DNA from: Mobula hypostoma
Lineage: Eukaryota
DNA length: 64,000 nt
Direction: 5' to 3'
NCBI RefSeq assembly: GCF_963921235.1
Contig: NC_086108.1
Span: 52,454,001-52,518,000 of the forward strand
This document shows positions 24,901-39,900 of the stretch, one piece after another; the stretch's first letter is position 1, and every line of letters starts with the position of its first letter. The notes below the pieces were generated by a model, which was given only the letters and a program-made list of their open reading frames with translations, had not been told where the DNA came from and made no database searches. A program made the translations under genes and the position numbers.

Positions 24901-27900
24901 TTGGACTCACCCAGACTATCTAGTAACACTCTCTCCACAAAGGGCCTGTAGGACATCAGCTGCGAGACAAGAGCATCCAGTGCAACTGGGACAATGCAGG
25001 CAATCTGGTCATAAGATCCATTGGGCAAAATAGGTGCATATAAACTTGGAGGTAATTTACTGCAGAAAAAAATAGCTAAATTATTACAATACAAATTAGT
25101 TGTATTAATTACAGGAAGGCTATAAATAAGGTTGAAAGAGTGCAGAGAAGGTTTACAAGGATGTTGCCGAGACTTGAGAAACCCAGTTACAGAGAAAGGT
25201 TGAATAGGTTAGGACTTTATTCCCTGGAGTGTAGAAGAATGAGGGGAGATTAGATAGAGGTATATAAAATTATAATGGGTATTGATAGAGTGAATGCAAG
25301 CAGGCTTTTTCCACTGAGGCAAGGGGAGAAAAAAACCACAGGACATGGGTTAAGGGTGAGGGGGGAAAAGTTTAAAGGGAACATTAGGGGGGGCTTCTTC
25401 ACACAGAGAGTGGTGGGAGTATGGAATGAGCTGCCAGACGAGGTGGTAAATGCGGGTTCTTTTTTAACATTTAAGAATAAATTGGACAGATACATGGATG
25501 GGAGGTGTATAGAGGGATATGGTCCGTGTGCAGGTCTGTGGGGCTAGGCAGAAAATGGTTCGGCACAGCCAAGAAAGGCCAAAAGGCTTGTTTCTGTGCT
25601 GTAGTTTCTATGGTTCTATAGTTACCACATTTCCAATTTATATTTTCACTTTTCTTTCATTTAAAATAGTTATTTTCTTGCATTCTCACAGCTCCAGTCC
25701 ACAAACAAGTGTTGGAAAAAAGGTTTGTTCCCAGATTATTTTAGTTCAATGAAACTACTACTGGAAAATGTGCAAAAAGTCGCTGGAAAAATTTTTGTGT
25801 TTTCTTTCAGATGTCTAGTATCAGCAACTTAAAACTAAGAGAATCACCAGAATGTAATACCAGAGTTCCTGGTGTTATAACGTTCACTATAACAACATTT
25901 ATTATTATTTACACAATGCAACTGTATGCAAAGAAAGATAATGTGAAGATTCAGTTCCATTTCCTTCCTACATTCAATAATCATGCATCTGCACTGCCAA
26001 CAGACATCAACAGTAAAAGGAAAAGAGAAAACAAAGATCAAATGCAAGGGAAAAGCATACAGTTAATGGCATGACCCTAAACAGCACTGATGTAAGGAAG
26101 ATTTTGGGATACAAATCCATACTTCCCTATAAGTGGCCATACAAATAGTGATAAAGAAGGCAATTGGCAAACTTGCCTTCATTGCTAGGGAGCTAGAGTA
26201 CAAAAGTCAGGAGATCAAGTTACAGTGATATAAAATTTTGGTTAGGCCACACTGGGAGTATAACATGCAGATCTGGTTACCCCATCACAGGAATGATGTG
26301 AAGGCTTTGCAAAGGGTTCAGAAGTTTACCAGAATGTTGTCTAAACAGTATAAAGAGATTAGACAAATGTGGCTTATTTTCTCCAGAGCCTCAGAAGCTG
26401 AGAGGAGACCTGACAGTAGTCTATAAAATTGGGAGAGGTTTAGATAGGGTACAGAATCAGAATCTTTATCACAGAGTAGAAATATTGAAGACAAGTAGGC
26501 ATACCCTTAAGGTAAGAGGGGCAAGTATTTTTTTTTCCTCTCAAAAGAGAGTGGCAGATGCCTGGAATTCACAGCCAGCAGAGGCAAGGGAAGCAGATAC
26601 AACAGTGGCATTCAAGATGCTTTCAGATAGGCACATGCATATGCAAGGAATGAGGGGTATGGATCATGTGCTGGCAGAAGACTTTAACTTTGTATCGTGC
26701 TTGGCACAGTCATCATTGGCTGAAGGGGTATTTCTATGTTGTAATGTTTTAAGTTGTTCTATGATCTAAAGGAGTAAATAAATAAAAACAATCTGTCCCA
26801 TTCCATATTCAAACAAATCATTCTCAGAAGCAAGACAATTGTATTAGCTAATTAACATAAATCACAATTTATAGTTATTATAAAGTTAGATAAAATGAAT
26901 TTTTCATATTTTGATTTACTGCTGCTCAACATGCAGTCTTACCTGTACAGCTGAAGGTAAAGGTGGTGTAATAAGCGACAAGATGTTGAAAGGAAATCAT
27001 TAAATTCCTAAATTGAAGAATAAATCAGAAATCAGAATTTAAGATTTGTGCCATTTTCATAATATAATCAGAAACATGATTTATAGAGTTGGTTTAACGG
27101 AACAGATGATATACATTTTACCTTAACTATTATGCAAGCAATTAGTTTACATAAAGGTTGATTAAAACTGTTAAATAAAAATGTGATTTTTAGTTAATAG
27201 TTTTCTGAGAGAGATACTGGTATATCTGAACATAATTGCAGAAAATACCAAACAGCACTAGTTACAGTATATCATCATAAATGACTTGTTATTAAAGGTA
27301 TGTGCTGTTTTACATAAGACTGAGCTAAACCCAATGTAAAAGAAATATTATTTGTTCCTGGCAAAAGGCAGTGAATGAAGACAGTATGATCTTCAACAAT
27401 AATGTCCTGCATCTTTCAAATACAATGCCACCAAAGACTTTATGAAGAGGAATGGGAGAGAATGGCGGGTGTAGAGTCCCTTCAATAAAACTTGTTGTAT
27501 TAGTCAAGCCCTCTAGCAAAGCCACCAAAACTTGGGAGGTTTCTCAAAATTTGAATACTAATGAACGTTTGAAGTTTTGAAGTGACAATGGTGCAATATA
27601 TTCACAAAATTCTACAGCACCTGATAATAATAGGTTATGTTACCTTTACATAGTGCACGAGTGTATTGGTGAAAAATCGGCACAGCTTCATTGTCTTTTG
27701 GAAGAGTTTACAATCGGTACTGTTGCCATTTTCCTTGAAAAAAGCAAATGCCCAGTAATACATGAACCTTAATACTTTCAGATCAAATGTTAAGGCTATT
27801 TATTACAAACCTGCGAACAGTAACTCAAATTAAAGAGTAATCCATTAGCAATTTACCAACACAACATTCTTTAACTGATTTTTTGGAATGTAAAGATTTT

Positions 27901-30900
27901 AAGAACAAACTAGGAGTGCTGAATGAAACAATATAAAAATTTCAAAACAGCATACATTCAGGGAACATGAGATACAGAGTCAGAGAGCTGTACAACACAG
28001 AAACATGTCCTTTGGCCCAATTTGTCCAGACCAACCTAGGTGCCTTCCCCAGTTAACTGGCCCATATTCCTCTAAGCCCTTCCAATCCATGTACCTATCA
28101 GAATGTCTTTTAAACATTGTAGTTGTGTCTGCTTCTACCACTTCCTCTGGCAACTTGTTCCATGTACCCAACACTATCTGTGTGGAAAAAAGTGTCCTCA
28201 GGTCCCCTTAAAGTCTATCCCCTCTAACCTGAAATGAATGCCTCTAGGTTTACACTTCCCTAATATGCGAATAAAAGACTTTTACCATCCAACCAACCTA
28301 CAATTCTCCATGATTTTATAAACTTGTACAAAGGCAGTCTCAGCCACCTTCCCAACCCAACCAGTCTCTTCTTATAACTCAAGCCCTCCAATCCCAGCAA
28401 CAACTTTGCAAATTGTTTCTGCACCCTCCAAGTCTTAAGCACATCCTTCCAAGAGTACCTAGTACAGCACAGGAATGCACCCTTCAGTTCATGATGTTGT
28501 GCTGAACTGCACACTGTGCAAAGGGTAAATATATATAGCCAAGGTGCCTAAACTTTTGCACAGTATTGTAGTATTTTGATGTAATGCTCTGTATTGCTGC
28601 CGCAGAAAAAAAGTTCATGACATGTGAGTGATGATAAACCTGATTCTGAAATAGGTCTCTATTGTGGACTGAGAGTGGGAAGGGGACAGGGAGAGGGGAA
28701 TCATGGTTGGCAAAAGGGGAAGGGAGAGGGTAAAGAGTGGGATGCACCAGAGACATTCTATAATGATCAATAAACCAATTGTTTAGAATCAAATGACCTT
28801 GCTTGGTGTCTCAGGGCTGGGTGTGCACCCGTGCAACACCCCCCCCCAACCTTGGCACACCTTCTCTGCCACCTGTCCCACATCCCTCCTGTGGCACTCT
28901 ACCCTATCCACTCCCAACATCCTTTGCTCCTGCCAGATTTACAAACTCGCTCTCCGCACCAATTTGACAAATACAGTACTGTGTAAAAGCCTTAAGCACC
29001 CTAGCCTTTTACACGCACCTAAGCCTTTTGCACAGTATGTAAATAAATGCTCAACTAAACTAAGTTGGTCTCTTTTTATCCCCCAGTCTAAGACAGGAGG
29101 CATTGCATTTAAAGTGAGATGAGCTAAATGCAAAGATGTCTGAGATATCTATTACCTCAGTCACTGCACTACATTGAAATCACTTTTTTAAACCTCTCTT
29201 TATAATGCTCTTTACATTGTAAATACATGTTGGTATTTATGTATGTTCTACTCCATATCCATACTTCAACCTTTCAGTTTATTTTTTATATAATTCTTTA
29301 CTCTTATAATTGAATAAATGTTTTTTTGTTGCATGGCAAGCCAGCACACCACAGCAAATTCCTAATACATGTGAATGTATATGGCAAATACAGTTGATCC
29401 TTCATCCTCAAGACCTCTTAGATAGGCATATTAATGTGCAGAGAGTGTAGGGATATGCAGAAGGGATATAAATGACACATTGTCCAAAGTTAGGAAGTAC
29501 AATAAATCCAGATCATCTACGTAGCAGGGGTATATGGGGTGTCAGGGAGGGGTAGCACCTCTGGTGGGGGAACATGTCGCGTCCTTTTCAGGGCGGTTAG
29601 TCCACCTTTGGTCCCCACCTGGCACTCAGCTCTCACCTGTGGCTCCCCGTAGCTGTTTGCATGCGACAGCGGCCACACCCCGGGCAACGGCTTCGTCAAG
29701 CCGGCTAAACCAGGTGAGGGTAGCCGACGGGTCTCAAACCCTCGGTGAGATAGGGAGTTGTCTATCCCAGCATGTGAAGACAGACTCCGGCGGATTGAGC
29801 GGACGAGACCAATGGAAGGTCCAACGGTCAAGAAGGCGGTCTCTGCAAGCGTCGTGGAACGTGTAGAGCAGGACAAGACACAGAAGATGTCCTGATCATC
29901 CACTGCGCCTAGTCCCATCTCCAGCCATCTAGACTCTGTCTTGCCACTGGACCCAGATGGGAATTGGGAAGAGAGAGTGAGGCTGACGCTGCGCAACTCT
30001 CCCTCACTTAAATCCAAATCACGCGCTAGTCTCGACACCATCATTATGGTGTCAAGGTCCTCATCGACGTCAACGATGGATGAACAACAACAACACGTAG
30101 CAGGCTGCTAGAAAATGGCAGTGGTAAAAGAAGTTTTAATCAAAATATGAAAAAAATATGAAGAAAGAAGAAAGATTTCCTAGGTTGACACCTCTAGGAA
30201 GTATGCACACAGGGATAATATTGGCTTTGTGCAAAGCTGTCCCAAAAGCAAATAATTTTTAATTTGAGTTTATATATGTAAATATACATACGTACTCACA
30301 CACACATTAGAACATAATTTCAGAAAACACAAAAGATAGCACTTGCACTTTCACTTCCAAAATCATCTTAAAAGACGTCCTTTAAGGTATGTGGTGATAA
30401 TAATATGCTCTGCCAAATATCGGACACATATAAGCTTTTTAAAAAAAAGATGGAATTAATAATTACCACTGCTGTAGGCTGGTTCATTTGTTCAGCTAAA
30501 TGCAAGCATGAGTTGAAGGAATAGAGAATGTCCTCACAAAGACCAGCAACAAGTCCATCATGTGGCAGCTTACTCTCCAGCAATGCCCGGTGCTTCACAC
30601 TTATTCTGAAACAGAATGCCGAACTATTAAAACAGAATCTGATTTACAGCTATGGTGTAAAACCATTTTCTCTAATAATCAACTGAATGAAAGCATTTCT
30701 GAAATTTTCATGAAAGGCTGCTACAATTTTATTTCTATAGAGCCCCCTAGTGGGACAGTTGTGCTGCCACTCAGTACATAATCCTAACAGCAGTGTAACT
30801 TCCACATCTTTTTCCTGCCCAATCACTAATTGTCTAAATAGCCAAAAATTAAATCAATACAATCATTTCTGGAAACAGTGCTAAAATTGAATGACAAAAT

Positions 30901-33900
30901 AATTATTTTCATACACTAACTTTAATTTCCTGTTAGCACAGAAAATTAAGAACAGACAAAAATATATTCATTAATATAATTTGTACTTACTTAATAAGAA
31001 ACTTCCATGTATTAGCATGTAGAGCATGGTCCATCTTAGAAATGATTGAACATATTTCCAAAACACTGTGAACCACTTGAAAATGGGAGAATTTTAAAAT
31101 AAGTTGTTTTGGAATAAATTATGGAAACCTTGCAGAAATAACAGACATTAAACTCAAAACAGAATATTCTGAACTGACCTGTCACCATAGATGCAATATC
31201 TTCAGTAGTGCTCGTTGCCAATTCCAGAACTATCCTATCCAACAATTCCATGAACTGTTTTTGAAGGGAATATGCCTCCTTAAATAAGGACTGCAATATG
31301 TCTGCAACCAAATGCAATCGACCACTGTACAAGGTCTCACTCTCCTAAGAACAGATTTTAAAAAGTTATCATCAACAAAGTGAACTATCTCTGGGCAAGA
31401 AAGTAGTTTATCAACTTACTGGCATATTATTAGTACAAATTTAGTATGCTTGGTAGAAACTCAGATTTGATTATGGTCTGGATTGTTTTAGAAGTCAGTT
31501 ATTTACACACCTGACAAGTTACGTTGAACAGCTGTAGAAATACTCCAAAGGAACTTTATCTCCCTTTTACTAATTCTGCAAAATAATTATGCTGATCTGA
31601 GAAAGGAATGAAACTAAACATAACGTGGAGAGGAATGTTTCTTTGAGGAACAAGTGAATCAGGCAACCTTTTAAAGAGTAAGATGTATTTGCATTGTACC
31701 AAATGTGCCTAATTGCCACCTCCACTTTGAAGGAATACAGGATGGATGATAATATCAGTAAAGTTTATATTCCATGCACAAATAGAATAAAAACAAGTGC
31801 AAGCCTTGCTTTACAGCTATTATTTCAATAAAGATGGATGAGATTTGCCACTATCTTTTAATATTATTTAGATCTTCAGCATCTGCATTACTATACTTCC
31901 TGTAAAACAAAATCCCCTCTCTCTAACCCCCCTTCTAAAAAAGGAAAACAAAAAGAAACACAACAGGGATGTTACTGCTGTCAGTACAAGAACCCCAAAG
32001 ATTGCCTTCTTAAAAAAGGATCAGGACATGACTATAAGTGAAACATTTAAAAAATTAAACAGGGAAATTTTTTAAAAATCCGCCTCACCTTGCAGTGACA
32101 AAAGATATTCTTGAGGACATGAAAAACCGCCAAGGATAGTGAATGAATGTTTTCCAAAGCTAAAGCTTCCTCAAATTTGCACATATGATGTACAAAGCTC
32201 ATCAGAATCTCCAGAATCTCGATCTGGGACTGTATAAAAAGTAACAGAAATCATATAAACAAGTTTGCAGAAGATAATGGACATATGCTGATCAATCACA
32301 TAACTTCTAAAGAAACGAGTATGGCCTCAAAATGTGGTTTCAAATAACAGTCAGAGCATATCCAGAGCAGGCAGATCATAATGTTATAGTGCAACCCTGA
32401 TTTGATGCTGGTATTGCTAAACTCATGCTCACCACTGTAGCAGATGTCCTATATTGCAATTATACAACTCAATACATCTTCAGTAGCAGGAAGGAAGCCT
32501 CAGCAACTCCCTTCTCCTTGCTGCCCAAACTATTTGTGGGATCATTAATTAAGGATATGCTCAAGTACAAGCTAACCTGCCACTGCCCACTGAGCCAAAG
32601 TACTTGTAATCTTTTTCTTCAACATCACTGCCAATACAGTCTCTACCATGCTATTGATCTAAGTGAGAATGAAACACCTATCACTGATCAAAAAAAGTAT
32701 GCAATCGGTAAATATTAAGCAATTCTTCTTGACCTGGATTACCCTGGCATAGCCTGAATGTCTTGTCAGAACATACACACAACACATCGTCAAATCTTGT
32801 CAGGCATGTGGTTGGATAACCAGATTGATCATTGGGTCCATTCAGGTTAGTTGCCAATTGACTATTACTAACTGTTACTATAATTGTACACGTATTTTGT
32901 TCTGGAAAAAAAAAGAGTTCTTGTAAAACCTGCAGAGAATGATATACCAGGCACTGAAGAACTTGTTCTGAACTGGTTGCATCACCATCGGTATGGAGGG
33001 GTGACTGCACAGGATCAGAGAAAGCTGCAGAATGTTGTGGACTCTGCCAGTTCCATCGTGGGCACTAGTCTCCTAGCATCCAGGACACCTTCTAAAGGTG
33101 TCATCCAACATTAAGGACCCGCATCACCCAGGGCATGTCTGCTTTTCATCGCTACCATCAAGGAGGAGGTACAGAGCCTTAAGACACACGCTCAACCTTT
33201 CAGGAGCAGCTATTTCTCCTCTGCCATCAGATTTCTGAATGGACAAGTATCCACAAACAACACCTCAGTATTTCCCCCTCTCTTTTTGCACTACTTACTC
33301 AAGTCAATTTTCTTTTTTTATATCTACTTCTTATTGTTATTTTTTTTTTATTATGTAGTGCACTGTAGTGCTGCTGCAAAGCAACAAAATTCACAACACA
33401 TGCCAGATATATTATCTGAATTTGATAATTCAGAAGGAATTGAAAATAAAACAAAAGCCTTGAGTTGAGCACAGTCAGATAATGGTTGATGTGTTGTGAC
33501 AACGCCACTTACAATCTGAGTATTAAATTAAACTATTAGAAGAGGATTAATAATAAAATAAGAACAGTTTAGACTTGAAAGATCCTACCTGTATAGTGTT
33601 CCGCAGTGCTGTCTGCAGGCCCGTGTTCTGACTGGACAACTGTCTTATGTGTTGCAATAGCTCATTTGCAAGTTCATCAAACAATGTCATTACCTAGCAC
33701 AAAGTAAACCACTCTGAGCTTTCAACTGGGAAATTATATATGGTTTGTTAAAGCAAAAGAGTTATTAAGACATCAAAAACCATGCAAGGATGACACTAGC
33801 ACCCTGCTGATTCATTTCAACACTTGGCCCTCCAGGCCAAACACTCACAGATGTGTACCCTGCAAGTAATGTCTGGTCTGCTGAGTGTTACAAGCACCCT

Positions 33901-36900
33901 TTGTTTATCAGCTTTCTGACATCTTTCATATTTTGCTGTCATGTTGGTTGCCACGGTAGCGTAGCGGTTAGCGCAACGCTATTACAACGCAGGGTGTTCT
34001 GGAGTTCGGAGTTCAATTCTGGTGTTATTCTGAAAGGAGTCTCTGTACGTCCTCACTGTGCAGTGCAAGGGCTTTCCCCAGGTCCTCCAGTTTTCTCCCA
34101 CTCTCCAAAGATATACCAGGTAGGTTAGTTGATCTTTGTAAATTGTCCCATGATTAAGTCAGTGTTAATCGGGTTTGACGGGGCTTGCTGGGGTGGTGGA
34201 ATGGAAGTGCCTACTCTGTACTGTATCGCCACATAAATAAATAAACAAACAAACAAATATCTACGTGGGCTTGCACTATGAGTACCAAACTCTGGTGTGA
34301 ACTCCTACCTTCCACATTAGCGCACCAGGACACCAGGAGATGAAAAACTGGCACAAACTGTCTGCCTCCCTATTGCTACATGGTACACCACGAGAGGTCT
34401 GCTGCAAATCCCTGCCCTCCCCTCCCTTAGCATTCAGTAAGCCATGAACTGCACATGGCTCAGTGTGGAGATACCGCTTGTGAAGGATGTGTTTATGGGC
34501 TGGGGCAAGCAGCGAAGCTTCTCAGCACCAATTTGCAAGTCTCAGGCTGGGCAGGTCAACCACCCAGCTGGAAAAGTAACAGAATACACGGGAAAGAGGC
34601 AAGTTTCCAAGTTTGTAGTATTTAATTGGACAAAAAATACAGGGCAAAGTTGAAAATTTACATACCTTGGGCAATACATGAGAGGAAAAGGTCTGTTCTA
34701 TCTCAGAAAGCGTGATGTGGGGCAAGAACTTCTCTGTGAGAATCTTCAATGTTCCTTTAAAGAATTATAAAATGACTTAGAACCACAGATTCTTAGTTTA
34801 CGAGTCTGTTTTACTTCATAAAAGAGTACTCTACGTGTCAAGATTGTTTAATAGCATTTTCTGTATTCTGTAAAGAAGAATGAAATACTTGTTACTCTGG
34901 ATATGCTGCAGCACAAACAAATACGAAATATAGGAATGTACTAACAATTTTTTAAAAACACAATAAATATAATACATAAGACTTCTTATATAAATAGATT
35001 GATTGTATGTCCGTAAAGTGATACTGGGCAGTACATAAGTGACTGACAGGAAATAATAAAGTAGTGGTGGAGATGTTGATCAGCCCTACTGCTTGGGGAA
35101 AGTAGCTTGTCAGGATACTCTCTACTATGCATCTATAGCAGGGGCCACCAACCTTTTTTTTGCACTGCGGACCGGTTTAATATTGACAATATTTTTGCAG
35201 ACTGGCTGACCCAGGTGGGGGGGGGGGGTAGGGTTGACAATGGAACAAGATTAGTAGTCAAATACGTTGGGTTTACCCCCAATAGACTACAATGACCATG
35301 AAGACTTGCGCAGGCACCAGTACGCAGGCGTGCTCCTGCCGATTCTTTTCCACAAATCGGTTTTGGCGATTCTGTTTGGGGTGGGGTTAATCTCGACCGG
35401 AATATAGGTGATGTGGCTAATACACTCAATTTCGTTTCTAAAAGGGTTTATCTAACGAATTTAATATTAAACACACAGCGCATATTTTCCTCGCATGAAT
35501 ATAGTGATGTCAATTATCAGGGGAGGACAGGGGAGCTTGAAGTAAGTGTTGAACGAACTTCCAGTAGAAGTGGTAGAGGCAGGTTCGATATTATCATTTA
35601 AAGAAAAATTGGATAGGTATATGGACAGGAAAGGAATGGTGTGTTATGGGCTGAGTGCAGGTCGGTGGGACTAGGTGAGAGTAGCGTTCGGCACGGACTA
35701 GAAGGTCAGAGATGGCCTGTTTCCGTGCTGTAATTGTTATATGGTTATATAAGTCAATAGCATCATAACATTTTAAGTAACGTTTGGATATTAAACACAC
35801 AGCACATATTTTCCCGTATGAACATATAAAATCATTGCAACACACCAATATCGCTGAATCAGTGGGAGCCCTGGGCTTGTTTCCCGGCAACAAGACGGTC
35901 CCATCGAGGGGTGATGGGAGACAGCGATACTCGAAGGGAGTTCCTTATGTCCAGTCTATTCCGCAATTTAGTTTCCATTGCATTCATTGCAGAGATATGT
36001 TGGAAATGGAAGCAACGTTCTCAGTGATTTCGTGGCTATCTCAGGAGATATTTAGCCTTGACTTTGATCCAGAATGCCGGCAGAGATGTTATGTCAAACA
36101 TACTTTTCAGCCCACTGTTATTTGCAAGCTCAAGGAGTTGACCTCTTTCCCGCTCTGACATGGATGATGCACGGATAATGACCTCCCGTGCGTTGAAGCT
36201 CAACATTGCGTGACAGGGAATGAGGAAAGATGCAGCTGACTCATATTGCCAAATCATATCGTTTCCTCGCGGCCCGGTAGCGTATGCTTTGCGGCCCGGT
36301 ACCGGTCCGCGGCCCAGTGGTTGGGGACCCCTGATCTATAGAATGCCGTGAGTATGGATGCACAAAGTCCAGCTCTCTTCAGCCTCCTCGGAAAGTAGAG
36401 GTGTTGGTGAACTTTCTTGACTGTGTAGGATGTGTCTGGGACCATGAGAGTTTGTGTGTGATGTGCACTCCAACATGCACATGTGCGCTATGTATTTCCA
36501 ATATCTATTTGCAACAGCACATCTCTTTAACCAAACTAAAGGATACTAAATATAACATGAAGAATTTAAACAGGAATAGGTCAGAACATTTAATTTAATG
36601 CTAAAATTATGTAACAAAAATAATACAGTGGAATGACAGAATTAAGAGACAAAGGATAACGAGGAGGAAGAAAACTGGATTAAGGAAGAGATTATACCCA
36701 ACATGTCAAAATAATTCCCAATTTTTTTTTAAATTTGAAGGAATGAGACTCAATATTAGCAAAAATAAAACTTCAACTGTCAGGAGTTGTTTAGTGCTAT
36801 ATTGTTTTCTCACAGCATTAAAAAAATCATTTCCACTTGAATGAACAAGTCCCTATTATTTCCAGTTTATCTTGTAGGTATGTACCAAATATTCCCACTT

Positions 36901-39900
36901 ACACATTTATTTTAAATGTCACATCTGCTGATAAGATACTGATGTTGAAAAAACTTTAAGGAACAAGACTAGATAGATCCATCCTAGAAGTTGTTGTACA
37001 ACTTGCTTGGTAATAAGTACGGAGTTGTTAATGCTACAAAAGGTAGTGGATTTGGCACAGCCCATCATTAACCCCTTCTAATCATTGAGCACATCTACAT
37101 GAATGCTGTCATAAGGAAGCACCACACAGTCCATGCTCTTTTCTCGCTGCTGCCATTAGGTAGAAGGTACAAGAGCCTCAGGACTTGCAGCACCAGGTTC
37201 AAGAACAGTTACTACCCCTCAATCATCAGGCTCTTGAACAAAGGGATTAATTACACTCAGTTGCCCATCAATTGGGATCTTCCCAAAACCACTGTTCACA
37301 CTTTAAGGACTCTACCTTGTTATCTCATGTTCTTGTTATTTATTACTATTTATTTATATTTGTAGTTCGTTGTCTTCTGCACTCTAGTTGATCTTTCACT
37401 GATCCTGTTATAGTTACTATTCTGTAGATTTCCTGACTATGCCCACAGGAAAATGAACCTCAGGGTTGTATGTGGTGACATGTATGTACTCTGATAATAA
37501 CATTTAAACTTTGGACTACAAAACATCTGGGCATTCCAGATAAAACCCAACTTAAAACAAATATTCCACACAATAACTAACACATAATTTAATTTAACAA
37601 ATGATAACTGTCTTTGTGCAACTTTGAATGCATTTGACTTTTGTCAAATCAAATAACCAAAAGAAGGAACTCAAGTTTTCACGAGCACATCATTCTTACA
37701 AAAAGTTCTCACAGGATCAGCACATTTTGTAAAATGTGTATCAGATTCTAGATCATGGATGGCAAATCATTTGGTGAATGTGCCCAAATTGGCAATAATC
37801 TTCTAAATATTTCTTTACATGCCGTAGTAATTTTGATCAGAGATTATCATTGATTAATGAATTTGTAACAATAGTTGTGGACTTTTTATTAAGGAAAATA
37901 ATGGATTCTGTTACTTATTTACATGTATTTATTGTTTTATTGTCAATAAAAGTATAACAGACATTGAAATAAATGAAGGATTTTTGAAAATCTGTTCAAA
38001 AATTAATATAAATCTTTTAAACTAACAATTGAAAAATAACCTCATTTCTAAATAGTATAAAACATAAGAAGTGTTTCTGTGAAATTATAAGCTTTGCTGC
38101 ATATTCATAAAGGAAAATAAACACTTTACCCTCAGTGAGACTTCTGTTGCTGCACTAACGACAAGTGTTTTATATACTTTATAGTCGCCAAACAATTGAT
38201 ACTAAAACGTACAATCATCACAGCGATATTTGATTCTGTGCTTCCCGCTCCCTGAATTACAAATCAATAGTAAATATTAAAAATTCAAATTATAAATCAT
38301 AAATAGAAAATAAAAAAATGGAAAGTAAGGTAGTGCAAAAAAATTGAGAGGCAGGTCTGGATATTTGGAGGGTACGGCCCAGATCCGGGTCAGGATCCGT
38401 TCAGCAGTCTTATCACAGTTGGAAAGAAGCTGTTCCCAAATCTGGCCGTACGAGTCTTCAAGCTCCCGAGCCTTCTCCCGCAGGGAAGTGGGACGAAAAG
38501 TGTGTTGGCTGGGTGGGTCACGTCCTTGATTATCTTGGCAGCACTGCTCTGACAGCATGCAGTGTAAAGTGAGTCCAAGGACGGCAGATTGGTTTGTGTG
38601 ATGCGCTGTGCCATGTTCACGATCTTCTGCAGCTTGTTTTGCATTGTTTTGAGAACTATGCATGTAGTAAACATCTCACCTTCCTCAGGTTGCAAAAAAA
38701 TCGTTTACCACTTCATTTGCCGGTAAAGATGATAATGATGTATCTTTTTATTATTGGTGGAGTTTAAAGAATCAAGGGTAGTATTGCATGCTATCTTGGG
38801 CATGCATTCCCTGTTCTAGATAATTCTGTTGCTGGTTCATTCACTGAAAGAAGTAAGTACCCTACTTACTTTCAGTCGCCAAATCTCCCAGGCAACCAAC
38901 TCTACCTTATCCACCAATTCCACTGACAGAGTACCAATCCATATAGAACGCATTCACAAACCATGTGTGTGATTAAACTTTCATTCATAGTAAAGGCAAA
39001 TTTGAAAAAATATTAAGAAAATTAATACAGCCTCTTGAGCTAGAGAAAAAGTGAAAGCAGTTAGAGGCGTATAATATACAAGTAGAAAATAACAGTCGAT
39101 TATTATTCCATTTCTAGGTTCCTTCATATAATTAGAGTGCTTTATTGAAGAAACAAAGACTGTTAATGTGTTTAACCACTACTTACGCAATTGTTTGCTA
39201 CCACTCTCGCTACATTGGTATATGGAGTAAGTAATGTTAAGGAGAATATTACTATTGAAATTATTGAAAGCTGAGAACTTACAACAAACTACATCATTTA
39301 AAGCCAATATTGATGTTCAGTGAGATGTGGATTATCCTTATTCAGCAGAATAATCACATAAATGGTCTCTAATGCATTCATTGCTGCATCTTAACCAGCC
39401 TACATAAAAAAAGGCATTTGTCCAATCAACTTGAAATTGAACAGAGCTCAACTCCACTGCAATCAAGATGGAATTAAAATGTTCAGAGGATTATTCTGGA
39501 CAGTAAAATCCTAGAAATTATTTTTTGCTTTGTTCAAAGTCAAAATGTACAGGAATGAGATAGCTGAGGCACTCCCATACCAAGAATAACTGGGCACAAA
39601 TTATAGTTGTAGAAGATCAGCTTAATATATACCGTGCAACTGGACTAGTAGACTTTCACCTTGACCAGGTCCAGCCAGATCCCCAAACCCATTCTCAAGG
39701 CAATTTCCTTCTCCCTAGCCGTTAGCATCAATGTCACTAAATACACATATCTTCATTATAAAGACTATCATCTTCTACCTCCAAAACGTCATTTGTTCTC
39801 ACTCCTCCCTCAGATCTGCTGCTGAAAAACATCAGATCTTTTTCTACTTGCACACTCCTTGCCAGTTGTAGGCCTTAAGAGACTGGAAGCATTAGCTCAC

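Noticed and set aside
33948..34030. tRNA-like sequence (also at ~5270-5325, minus)
   Set aside because: SINE heads followed by SINE bodies and tails; no complete cloverleaf
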